This document shows positions 1 to 8,022 of a stretch of DNA of 18,610 nt, piece after piece. Under the pieces are notes generated by a model that searched no databases, was not told where the DNA came from, and saw nothing but the letters and a program-made list of their open reading frames with translations. The stretch is taken from NCBI GenBank assembly GCA_045046665.1, contig JASFYZ010000238.1, positions 1 to 18,610 of the forward strand, written 5' to 3'. How positions within the stretch are numbered: the first letter of the stretch is position 1; each line of letters starts with the position of its first letter. The stretch is from Desulfobacterium sp. GTDB taxonomy: Bacteria > Desulfobacterota > Desulfobacteria > Desulfobacterales > Desulfobacteraceae. A program made the position numbers and the translations under genes.

Positions 1-119
1 TGCGAAAAAAGTAAATACGAAATAAAAGGTGCCCATTTTAAAAATCCATGAACCGTAAATTTTCAGGGTGGATTAAATCAGCACCAATCGTAAATACTTT
101 CCAATCACTGGAGCAGACC

Positions 120-578
120 ATGAACAAAGAAATCTTAACAGATCCCCTGTCACCTGAAGATCTTTGGCAGGATCTGAAAACCAATATTAAGATATTCAAG
201 GCACGGGGCATATCCCAGGTATTGGTATTGTACGGATTTTCATGGGGGTCTCATTTTTATGACGGTAACTGGGAAGATATCCCTGTGGATGTTGATAAAT
301 TGGAAGGTATCTTGCTTAAGGCCATGGAAAAAGGATATGGGGCACTGGGACACGACAATCTCTACATATCAATCCCCCGGTTTAACATGAAACTCCAGTA
401 TTCCCATGAAATCGATATTCACATCTCTTTTGGAGATGACAATGAACTGGTACGTACCATTCACAAACGATGGGAAGATGGCGGTTGGTTGCAGTACGGA
501 AAAAATTCAGCAGACATGGAGGATACTAAAAAAAACAATACAAGTAAAAACCAGCGATTTTATAAGCTATTGAGATAA
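120..578 (+). CDS. hypothetical protein (152 aa from ATG 120; the frame is open from 48)
   Basis: Frame is open 48..578. ATG at 120 is preceded by GGAG (110-113) at a 6-nt spacing, whereas ATG 48 has no Shine-Dalgarno-like sequence. No domain recognised by eye. Confidence 0.5.
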   Translation: MNKEILTDPLSPEDLWQDLKTNIKIFKARGISQVLVLYGFSWGSHFYDGNWEDIPVDVDKLEGILLKAMEKGYGALGHDNLYISIPRFNMKLQYSHEIDIHISFGDDNELVRTIHKRWEDGGWLQYGKNSADMEDTKKNNTSKNQRFYKLLR

Positions 579-699
579 CAGATCATAGTCAAATATTGAA
601 ACAAAGCCCGATCTCATTGCGTCCTTTACTTTGAAGAAAAATTCAGATATATCAACAGACTGACCATTGATATCACGCAAAACTAAAAGGGCGATTACC

Positions 700-1944
700 A
701 TGTCAATCAAAACGCAAGTAGAGACACGCAATCCGGGTTACCGGGAGTTTATCATTCTGATGGCGGTGATCATATCCATTACGGCCTTGTCCATTGATAT
801 GATGCTGCCTGCCTTGCCTGACATCGGCCGGGATCTTGGTGTAGAACACCCCAATGACGTCCAGCTCGTTGTCTCCATATTGATACTCGGTCTGGGGATC
901 GGGCAGATCTTTTTTGGTCCTCTGTCTGACTGCTTTGGTCGGAAACCAATGGTCGTTACCGGTTTTTTGATTTTTACACTGGGCTGTCTATTGTCGATCT
1001 TTTCCAGGCAGTTCAGCGTTATGCTGATCGGAAGACTGATCCAGGGTATTGGTGTAGCAGGACCGCGCACAGCCATCGTCGCACTGATAAGAGATCAGTA
1101 TGACGGCCGTGCAATGGCCAGGATCATGTCAGCAGTAATGGCTGTCTTCATTCTCATTCCCGCAATAGCCCCGGCCCTTGGTCAGGTTATTCTGCTCAAA
1201 ACAAACTGGCGGGCTATTTTTGGTGTTTTAATAATCCAGAGTATCGTCGCCCTGATCTGGTTCACCATCCGGCAACCGGAGACACTTCCCCGGCAGCACC
1301 GGATTCCCTTTTCCGCTAAACGTATCCTCAACGGTCTTGTTGAAGTCTGCACCAACCGTCTATCCCTCGGATATACCCTGGCCGCAGGATTTATGTTAGC
1401 TGTGCTTTTGGCATACCTGAACTGCGCCCAACAAATTTTTCAGGAAATTTACCATCTTGGACGACAGTTTCCATTTTACATGGCATTGATAGCCCTGTCC
1501 ATTGGCGGTGCATCGTTTGTGAATTCCCGTATCGTCATGCGGTTCGGCATGCGGTCCTTGTCATATCTGGCGGTTATATTTTTTATCATACTGATGGTTC
1601 TTTATCTGGCCGTCACCTTTCAAATGGGCGGAAATTCTCCATTGTGGTTGATGATGCTCTGTTTCATCTTATCGTTTTTCTGTCTTGGCATTCTTTTCGG
1701 AAATCTGAACGCTATAGCCATGGGGCCACTGGGACATATTGCCGGAATAGGTGCTGCCGTCATCGGCTCTTTGAGCAGCCTGATCTCTTCTCCACTATCT
1801 GTTATCATCGGTCGATATTACAATGGAACCACAATTCCTCTGGCTATGGGATTTGTGATTCTCGGCGTTTTTACGCTCATTATCATGTACTGGGCTGATA
1901 ATTTCTGCCCCGGTGAGTCCTCAAAAGTCAATATGAAGGTCTGA
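700..1944 (+). CDS. MFS transporter, Bcr/CflA drug-resistance subfamily (414 aa)
   Basis: Highly hydrophobic multi-span protein. N-terminus LSIDMMLPALPDIGRDLGV and loop motif GPLSDCFGRKP match the Bcr/CflA MFS signature (E. coli Bcr has LSIDMYLPALP and GPLSDRxGRKP). ATG 700 aligns with the Bcr N-terminus better than the TTG at 667. Confidence 0.85.
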   Translation: MSIKTQVETRNPGYREFIILMAVIISITALSIDMMLPALPDIGRDLGVEHPNDVQLVVSILILGLGIGQIFFGPLSDCFGRKPMVVTGFLIFTLGCLLSIFSRQFSVMLIGRLIQGIGVAGPRTAIVALIRDQYDGRAMARIMSAVMAVFILIPAIAPALGQVILLKTNWRAIFGVLIIQSIVALIWFTIRQPETLPRQHRIPFSAKRILNGLVEVCTNRLSLGYTLAAGFMLAVLLAYLNCAQQIFQEIYHLGRQFPFYMALIALSIGGASFVNSRIVMRFGMRSLSYLAVIFFIILMVLYLAVTFQMGGNSPLWLMMLCFILSFFCLGILFGNLNAIAMGPLGHIAGIGAAVIGSLSSLISSPLSVIIGRYYNGTTIPLAMGFVILGVFTLIIMYWADNFCPGESSKVNMKV

Positions 1945-2197
1945 TGCCTGGCAGGCATGCTGGACTTGGGCGTATTGTCTATCGATCACCCCGCCTTACT
2001 GTGTTAATTGATTTCAATTTTACGATTCGCCCTTAATCCAGATACGAGACTGAGTCCAAAACCACGGAAATTCTTTGCGACCGCTATAAATCCTTCTGTT
2101 GCGGATCGGGCTTTTTGACAATATTTTTGTTCTTTTTTTTCAACATCCTGGGTTTTACCAAGAAAAGTTTGCGAAGCCACTTTGGGAATTTTTTGAT

Positions 2198-3130
2198 TTA
2201 TTTGGCTTCGGTAACCCTGATCACCGATTGTTCCCTCTTCAGCAAATGATTTGAGGCAAGCTCAAGAAAGACCTTTGAGGATTTGGAAAGCGCCAGGTCT
2301 GTCTGAAAAATAGCGTCTATGCCTATTTTTAATCTTTCATCAGTTAATGAGATAACTTTAAGGGTTTCATGACAAATTTCCCTCTCAACATTGGGATAAA
2401 ACATTAACGCAATACCTGAGCCCTGCTTGATAAGATTTTTCATACCTTCGATATTGTCGATTTCAGCAATAACAATAGGGTCTATTTTATACTTATAGAA
2501 TAGATCAAGTATTATTTTGCGACCCGTCATCCCTTCCCGGTGCACAATCAGGGAACATCCCTCCAGATCCTGCAAGGTCACCTTTTTCTTGTTTACCAGG
2601 GGATTTTCAGGACAGGTAATCAGCACCAGCTTTTTTTTTGCCGTCACTGGAACCACTGTGAGACCGTTGATCAATGGATCGACGGTACCCGTAAATCCAA
2701 GGTTACATCGAAAATCGAGTATCGCGGAAATGATCTCCTGATCGGTTCCTTCCTTAAGCGAAATTTTCACCTTGGGATACATTTTGCTGAATTTATCTAT
2801 CAGTAAGATAATATGCTGGGCCAGCGGGCTCGCCACACCAATTCGAAGATTGTTATTACTGCAATCCTGGAGAAAAATCTCTGCTCTGATAGCAGAATGA
2901 TAAAATGATTCTGCATATTTAAACAGCTTTTCCCCTGTTTTCGTTAAACACACTTTTTTCTTCTTTACATTAATTAATTTGATACCATAATACTTCTCCA
3001 GAGATTTGATCTGCATGCTCACTGCAGGTTGTGTCACACAAAGCTTTTCTGCAGCTGCACTGATAGTCCCTTCATTGGCTACGAAGTAAAAAGTAGTTAA
3101 CTGGTAAGGATTTATTTTAGGAGGAATCAT
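2198..3130 (-). CDS. LysR-family transcriptional regulator (310 aa)
   Basis: N-terminal winged-HTH: LTTFYFVANEGTISAAAEKLCVTQPAVSMQIKSLEKYYGIKL. The C-terminal ~200 aa has the length expected of a substrate-binding domain. Divergent from the downstream + strand cluster, which is the usual LTTR arrangement. Confidence 0.9.
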   Translation of the reverse strand: MIPPKINPYQLTTFYFVANEGTISAAAEKLCVTQPAVSMQIKSLEKYYGIKLINVKKKKVCLTKTGEKLFKYAESFYHSAIRAEIFLQDCSNNNLRIGVASPLAQHIILLIDKFSKMYPKVKISLKEGTDQEIISAILDFRCNLGFTGTVDPLINGLTVVPVTAKKKLVLITCPENPLVNKKKVTLQDLEGCSLIVHREGMTGRKIILDLFYKYKIDPIVIAEIDNIEGMKNLIKQGSGIALMFYPNVEREICHETLKVISLTDERLKIGIDAIFQTDLALSKSSKVFLELASNHLLKREQSVIRVTEAK

Positions 3131-3597
3131 TGATATAACCTCAATAAAAATTTTAATAGTACGCTTTTTAGTATTTTTTCTATAAATTCAAAAAAATGCT
3201 TCTCTGAGACAAAAATCAAAAATGACCTTGAAAACAAAACAAACGTGTTTGTCATTTCCGATAGCCAGAATCCAAAAGAGGTTCTGATTCTTCTGCCAAA
3301 AAAGCACGAACATCAGCAGTAAGAATCTAATAGCACACGCCTGACATCTCCAGGCACTGTCAAGATAAAAAAATTGGATTATCGAATTTTAGCAAATGTA
3401 GTTTCAATTACTTATCCCACCCGCATCTAAAAAGTCAACCCCCCCCTAACAAACTTATAAAATCATAAATTTCTTTGTATTGACTCCATTTTTTGTTTGT
3501 GTAAAATCAAAAATACGATCCTGACAGTAGAAACAGAAAAATTATTTCCTTTACACGAAAAAATAACGACGCTCAAATCGCTTTGCCAAGGCAGTAC

Positions 3598-3613
3598 TGG
3601 AAAAATTTTGGCA
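3598..3613 (+). promoter_or_regulatory. candidate sigma-54 (-24/-12) promoter, TGGAAA-N5-TGGCA
   Basis: GG (3599-3600) and GC (3611-3612) are separated by exactly 10 nt, as in the TGGCAC-N5-TTGCA consensus. The -12 box is TGGCA, one mismatch to TTGCA. It lies ~250 nt upstream of the ligase start. This is pattern match only. Confidence 0.3.
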
Positions 3614-3670
3614 GATCATACAAGAACTGTCGGTGAAATAGTGGCATATCAAAATTGAACAAAGCGTTAC

Positions 3671-3752
3671 GATCATGGCATGGTCGCATGTGCACAATTG
3701 TTTTCGCAGCCTTGCAGACTTGGCCATGCCGCAGTTAATGATCTTTTTTTTT
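3671..3752 (+). terminator. large hairpin followed by a T9 run (intrinsic-terminator-like, inside the ligase leader)
   Basis: GATCATGGCATGG (3671-3683) pairs with CCATGCC (3724-3730) and ATGATC (3738-3743): 13 bp with a 7-nt 3' bulge. Nine T residues (3744-3752) follow immediately. Confidence 0.4.
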
Positions 3753-3793
3753 CGGCCAATCTCCATCTGGGTAGGTGGAGATCGCAATTAACG

Positions 3794-3826
3794 CTCCTGG
3801 GTCGGGCACTCCTGCCCAGGAGTTTT
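3794..3826 (+). terminator. second terminator/attenuator-like hairpin, 36 nt upstream of the ligase start codon
   Basis: CTCCTGGG (3794-3801) pairs with CCCAGGAG (3815-3822), followed by TTTT (3823-3826). A second copy of CTCCTG (3809-3814) can pair with the same CAGGAG, giving two mutually exclusive stems. Confidence 0.4.
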
Positions 3827-3861
3827 CATCCCAATTCCATAATGATTGAAGGAGAAACGAC

Positions 3862-5529
3862 ATGGTAAATTTACTATCTGGATGTATGCCTTACAATGCG
3901 GAAGACGTGAAAAAATACAACGACTTTCGGTGGTGGGCAGGATTGACATTCGGGGATGTTTTTGACCGGGCAGCAGACATCCATCCAGACAAAGAGGCCT
4001 TTGTAGACTCCAAAACCCGGCTGACTTTTGGTGAAGCCAGAGAAAAAACCAATCAACTTGCCATTGGCATGATGGACCTTGGCATTAAACCCCTGGACCG
4101 GGTTCTGGTGCAGCTACCCAATTGGAACGAATTTGTTTTTGCCTACTTTGCTCTTCAGAAAATTGGTGCCATAACGGTATTACTCATAGACAAATATCGC
4201 CAATACGAAATTAATCACCTGGCAAAATTAACCGGTGCCAGTGCATGGATTGTTCCTGTCCAGTACAAAAAAATTGATTACCGTCCGATCATTGATGATG
4301 TTCTCAAAGAGAACCCGGCATTACAAAAAGTAATTACCGTTCGAGGCGAAGTCAACAAGGATAAGGTTTCCAGTCTTGAACAGCTAATGGCAGGGGGAAA
4401 ATTAACGGATAAAAATCTGGCCCGCCTGGCAGAGCGCCGTCCCGATCCAATGCAGATCGCCCACATGGGCCCCACTGGCGGCACCACAGGTGCTCCCAAA
4501 GTAGTGCCCCGTTCCCACAACAGCCTGATCACGGGCATCACCTATTGTTCACGCTCCTGGGAGCAGAGCAATCTTGATATCAATCTCATCGCAGGCCCCA
4601 TCGGCCATGACCTTTCGTTCAGCAAAGGATTCATCGGCAGTGTTATCACCATGGGAAAAGTGGTTTTTTTGGATTCTCCCGACAATAAGAGTATCTGTGA
4701 GACCATAGAAAAAGAAAATGTAACCTCCATTATCTGGGTTCCCACCCTTGCACAGAGACTTCTTCAATACGAAGACCTTGATAACTATAATCTACACTCA
4801 CTGCAGAAAATGCACAGTGCTGGCGGTGCCAGCCACCCGGGATTGGTTAAAGAGGTGATAGAACGATTGAATTGTAAATTTTTCAACGGATACGGCGGCA
4901 CCGAGGGGCCCACCACCATCACCCGAATTAACAATGATATTGAAACCATTTGCGGGACAGTTGGCAGGCCTACCTGCCCCTATGACACATACAAAGTAGT
5001 GGATTTCGCAGGTAATACCCTGCCATGTGGTGAGCATGGGGAGCTGGTTCTCAAAGGACCGGGCGTGTTCACTGGATACTATGAGAATCCGGAAGAAGAC
5101 AAGTTGGTGCTGGATAAAGAGGGTTTTTTCAGAACCGGCGATCTGGCCAGAATCGATAAAAACGGTTACATTACCCTCACCGGCCGCATCAAAGAGATGA
5201 TCAACCGGGGCGGCGAAAGTATCAGCTCCACAGAAATTGAGAAACTGATCATGGTTCATCCCGAAGTTGCCATGGTGGCGGTCATTCCCATGCCGGACCC
5301 GGATATGGGCGAAAAGGCCTGCGCCTACATTCAGCCCATGAACGGCGCTACCCTGACATTTGACGGCATTATTTCATACCTCCGGAGCCAGGATGCATCT
5401 GTTTTACAGCTTCCGGAACGCATTGAGTTTGTCGAAAAAATGCCCTATACCGGTGCCGAAAAATTGGATAAAAAATCTCTTCGTGAAGATATTGAGCAAA
5501 AACTTAAGGCCGAAGGCGTGACCGTTTAA
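3862..5529 (+). CDS. AMP-forming aryl-acid CoA ligase / adenylating enzyme, EntE/DhbE-like clade (555 aa)
   Basis: RBS GAAGGAG lies upstream of ATG 3862. ANL-superfamily motifs present: TGGTTGAPKVVPRSH, NGYGGTEGP, FRTGDLA, NRGGESISSTEIE and a terminal KLDKK. Colinear by eye with E. coli EntE, for example GIKPLDRVLVQLPNWNEFVFAYFALQKIG vs [29 protein letters not shown], and MGEKACAY vs MGEKSCAY. No aryl-carrier protein lies nearby, so CoA is the likely acceptor. Confidence 0.9.
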   Translation: MVNLLSGCMPYNAEDVKKYNDFRWWAGLTFGDVFDRAADIHPDKEAFVDSKTRLTFGEAREKTNQLAIGMMDLGIKPLDRVLVQLPNWNEFVFAYFALQKIGAITVLLIDKYRQYEINHLAKLTGASAWIVPVQYKKIDYRPIIDDVLKENPALQKVITVRGEVNKDKVSSLEQLMAGGKLTDKNLARLAERRPDPMQIAHMGPTGGTTGAPKVVPRSHNSLITGITYCSRSWEQSNLDINLIAGPIGHDLSFSKGFIGSVITMGKVVFLDSPDNKSICETIEKENVTSIIWVPTLAQRLLQYEDLDNYNLHSLQKMHSAGGASHPGLVKEVIERLNCKFFNGYGGTEGPTTITRINNDIETICGTVGRPTCPYDTYKVVDFAGNTLPCGEHGELVLKGPGVFTGYYENPEEDKLVLDKEGFFRTGDLARIDKNGYITLTGRIKEMINRGGESISSTEIEKLIMVHPEVAMVAVIPMPDPDMGEKACAYIQPMNGATLTFDGIISYLRSQDASVLQLPERIEFVEKMPYTGAEKLDKKSLREDIEQKLKAEGVTV

Positions 5530-5633
5530 CGACCATGACAGAAAAAGCTGCCACAACAAAAATTGAGACTCTCATCATTGCAGGAACTTAGACGGAGTTT
5601 CTTATAAAAATATCAAAAAAAAGAGGAAGTCCC

Positions 5634-7133
5634 ATGAAACAAGAAAAAACATCCCCGGAAGTATTATTGGCTGAAGATATCACAGACCTTCGTTCTGCAG
5701 TGGCATTTCTGGCCACTCAGCCCGGTCAGCTATTGAGAACAAAGGAACCGGTGGATCCCCATGCTGAACTGGCCGGTGTCTACAAACTCATTGGTGCGGG
5801 CACCCCGGTGGCACCACCCACCACTACCGGGCCAGCCATGCTGTTTGAAAATATAAAGGGATATGATATTCCCGTTCTGGTGGGAGTTCTGGCCAGTCGG
5901 GAACGCGTTGCCATGCTGTTGAACACCACTCCTTCAGAACTGCCTCGAATGATACAAAAAGCCCTGAAAAATCCAGTGGCGGCCGTTACCATCCCCCAGG
6001 AGAAAGCCGCATGCCAGGAGGTGATTCATCGTGCCCCTCTGGATATTAGAAAACTCTTGCCAGCCCCCACCAATACCGAGTTCGATGCTGGTCCCTATTT
6101 CTGCATGGGACTGGTTCGTGCTGAAGATCCGGAAACCGGAGAGGCCAATGTCACCATCCATCGTCTTTGTGTTCAGGGCCCGGATAAGATAAGTATCTAT
6201 TTTGTCCCCGGCCGACACATTGATCAGTTCCGCATTAAGGCAGAAAAAATGGGCAAACCCCTGCCCATCACCATTAACATGGGGCTGGATCCAGCCGTTT
6301 ATATCGCCTCTTGTTTTGAACAACCCACGGCACCCCTGGGATACGATGAATTGCAGGTGGCCGGTGGTATTCGCAATCGACCAGTGGAACTGGTAGACTG
6401 TGTCAGCGTCAATGCCAAGGCCATTGCCAATGCAGAAATCGTCATTGAAGGCGAAATTCTGCCCAACGAACGCATCCGGGAAGATATCAACACCAATTCC
6501 GGAAATGCCATGCCAGAATTCCCGGGGTATATGGGTCCATCGAAACCCGAGGTGCCAGTTATCAAAGTCACCGCAGTGACCCATCGTATCAAACCGATTC
6601 TTCAAACCCTTGTGGGGCCCGGGGAAGAACATGTCAGCCTAGCCGGTCTGCCCACCGAAGCCAGTATTTTCAATCTGGTGGAAGACGCCATGCCAGGTCG
6701 CCTGATCAATGTCTATTGTCATCCCTCCGGCGGTGGCAAGTACCTTGCCATTCTTCAATTTAAAAAAGAGTCGCCAGTGCATGAAGGAATGCAGCGCCAG
6801 GCAGCATTAACGGCATTCGCCGCTTTTTCCGAATTGAAAAATGTTATTATTGTGGATGAAGACGTGGATCTGTTCAACACCAATGATGTGCTGTGGGCCA
6901 TGACCACCCGATACCAGGGAGATGTGAGTACGGTGTTCATTCCCGGCGTCAGGTGCCATCCCCTGGATCCTTCGCAGCAACCGGAGTTCAGCAGAACCAT
7001 CCCGTCGCCCGGAATCTCCTGTAAGACCATTTTTGATTGCACTGTGCCATTTTCCATGAAAAAAAGATTTGAGAGAGCGCCTTTTAAAGATGTTGATATC
7101 CAACGGTTTTTGGACAACAGCGAACTGTCATAA
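5634..7133 (+). CDS. UbiD-family prFMN-dependent (de)carboxylase (499 aa)
   Basis: RBS AGAGGAAG lies upstream of ATG 5634. Typical UbiD blocks: DLRSAVAFLATQPGQLLRTKEPVDPHAELAGV, MLFENIKGY, AGGIRNRPVELVDC, AEIVIEGEI and PEFPGYMG (the counterpart of EGPFGxxTGYY). Length and position next to ubiX also fit. Confidence 0.9.
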   Translation: MKQEKTSPEVLLAEDITDLRSAVAFLATQPGQLLRTKEPVDPHAELAGVYKLIGAGTPVAPPTTTGPAMLFENIKGYDIPVLVGVLASRERVAMLLNTTPSELPRMIQKALKNPVAAVTIPQEKAACQEVIHRAPLDIRKLLPAPTNTEFDAGPYFCMGLVRAEDPETGEANVTIHRLCVQGPDKISIYFVPGRHIDQFRIKAEKMGKPLPITINMGLDPAVYIASCFEQPTAPLGYDELQVAGGIRNRPVELVDCVSVNAKAIANAEIVIEGEILPNERIREDINTNSGNAMPEFPGYMGPSKPEVPVIKVTAVTHRIKPILQTLVGPGEEHVSLAGLPTEASIFNLVEDAMPGRLINVYCHPSGGGKYLAILQFKKESPVHEGMQRQAALTAFAAFSELKNVIIVDEDVDLFNTNDVLWAMTTRYQGDVSTVFIPGVRCHPLDPSQQPEFSRTIPSPGISCKTIFDCTVPFSMKKRFERAPFKDVDIQRFLDNSELS

Positions 7134-7411
7134 ATCGTATTTAACATAATAGTAGTAAAACTATCCATGAGCCTCTTACTAAATGACGTTTTTACGATCA
7201 GGAAAGCAGCAATTCCAGCAAATATGGTATGCGTCCCCAATGGTTCATTCATATGCTGAAACGGCAATTCAAATCGAACAAAACAGCTTTTAAAGGAACA
7301 GGCTCATTGATAGTCCACTCCATATATCGCCTTCCCCCGCGTTTTATCACGGAGGATGAACAATTGACGATTCAAACGCCTGGGGCGTATCCCCGGAAAA
7401 TAGGAGATAGA

Positions 7412-8005
7412 ATGCAAAAACGTATTGTTATAGGAATGTCTGGGGCAAGCGGGGTCATATACGGCATAAAATTATTAGAATATCTTCAGCCCATGGAGTA
7501 TGAAACCCACTTGATTCTATCTGAGGCAGCAAAACTCAATATTAAAATCGAAACCAGTTATACCCCCGATGAAGTGGCTGCCCTTGCCGATATATGCTAT
7601 GATCATAAAAACATCGCCGCCTCACCCGCAAGCGGTTCATTTCTCACCCAGGGAATGATTGTCGCTCCCTGTACCGTTAAAACACTTTCCGGCATTGCCA
7701 ATTCCTACACGGAAAACCTTTTGGTTCGAGCCGCCGATGTGACGTTAAAAGAGAAGCGAAAACTGGTGCTTCTTTTCCGGGAAACTCCCCTCCACAGAGG
7801 GCATTTAAGGCTTCTCACCATGGCATCGGAAATGGGCGCGCATATTCTTCCACCAGTGCCATCTTTTTATCATATGCCAAAAACCATTGATGATATCATT
7901 GACCAGAGCATAGGGAAAATTTTTGATTACATGGGCATTGAACATAATCTGTTCCAGCGATGGCATGGAGAATCCCGCCCCCATACCCGTCCCGTTGCTG
8001 TTTGA
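7412..8005 (+). CDS. ubiX: flavin prenyltransferase UbiX (197 aa)
   Basis: RBS GGAGA (7403-7407) precedes ATG 7412. Near-colinear with E. coli UbiX: RIVIGMSGASGVIYG, SGSF, PCTVKTLSGIANSY, LVRAADVTLKEKRKLVLLFRETPLH, HLRLL, LPPVPSFYH. The 61-codon upstream extension in the ORF track (from 7229) has no UbiX counterpart. Confidence 0.92.
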   Translation: MQKRIVIGMSGASGVIYGIKLLEYLQPMEYETHLILSEAAKLNIKIETSYTPDEVAALADICYDHKNIAASPASGSFLTQGMIVAPCTVKTLSGIANSYTENLLVRAADVTLKEKRKLVLLFRETPLHRGHLRLLTMASEMGAHILPPVPSFYHMPKTIDDIIDQSIGKIFDYMGIEHNLFQRWHGESRPHTRPVAV

Positions 8006-8022
8006 TTTCAAGGAGGTGCACC

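Noticed and set aside
2077-2116. Bulged stem (CGACCGC...GCGGATCG) plus TTTTT, ~130 nt after the MFS stop
   Set aside because: The stem is only 7 bp with a bulge and a 16-nt loop, and it lies far from either convergent stop codon. This is too weak to call a terminator. The 1944-1958 ATGCC/GGCAT stem likewise lacks a U-tract.
3641-3660. GTGGCATATCAAAATTGAAC, resembling TGGCAC-N5-TTGC
   Set aside because: The spacing is off by 2 nt and the -12 box reads TTGA rather than TTGC.
3551-3868. ORFs 3551..3787 (-) and 3680..3868 (+) in the LysR / ligase spacer
   Set aside because: They have no SD, are Cys/Arg-rich with odd composition, and overlap the hairpin/T9 structures. An RNA-level function is more likely.
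5934-6632. 232-aa antisense ORF inside the UbiD gene (also 4798..5259, 6755..7267)
   Set aside because: These are shadow ORFs opposite strongly recognisable genes. They show no recognisable motifs and their composition is typical of antisense frames.
7249-7266. TGGTTCATTCATATGCT, sigma-54-like, in the ubiD / ubiX gap
   Set aside because: It has GG-N11-GC spacing, one nt too long.
7229-7411. 61-codon N-terminal extension of UbiX in the ORF track
   Set aside because: E. coli UbiX aligns from the internal MQKRIVIGMSGASG. That ATG (7412) has a GGAGA RBS, and the extension has no family counterpart.
7960-8022. N-terminal extension of the IDI ORF that overlaps the ubiX 3' end
   Set aside because: AGGAGG lies 6 nt before ATG 8023, and Idi homology begins at [11 protein letters not shown]. 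The extension is P/R/C-rich and looks non-coding.
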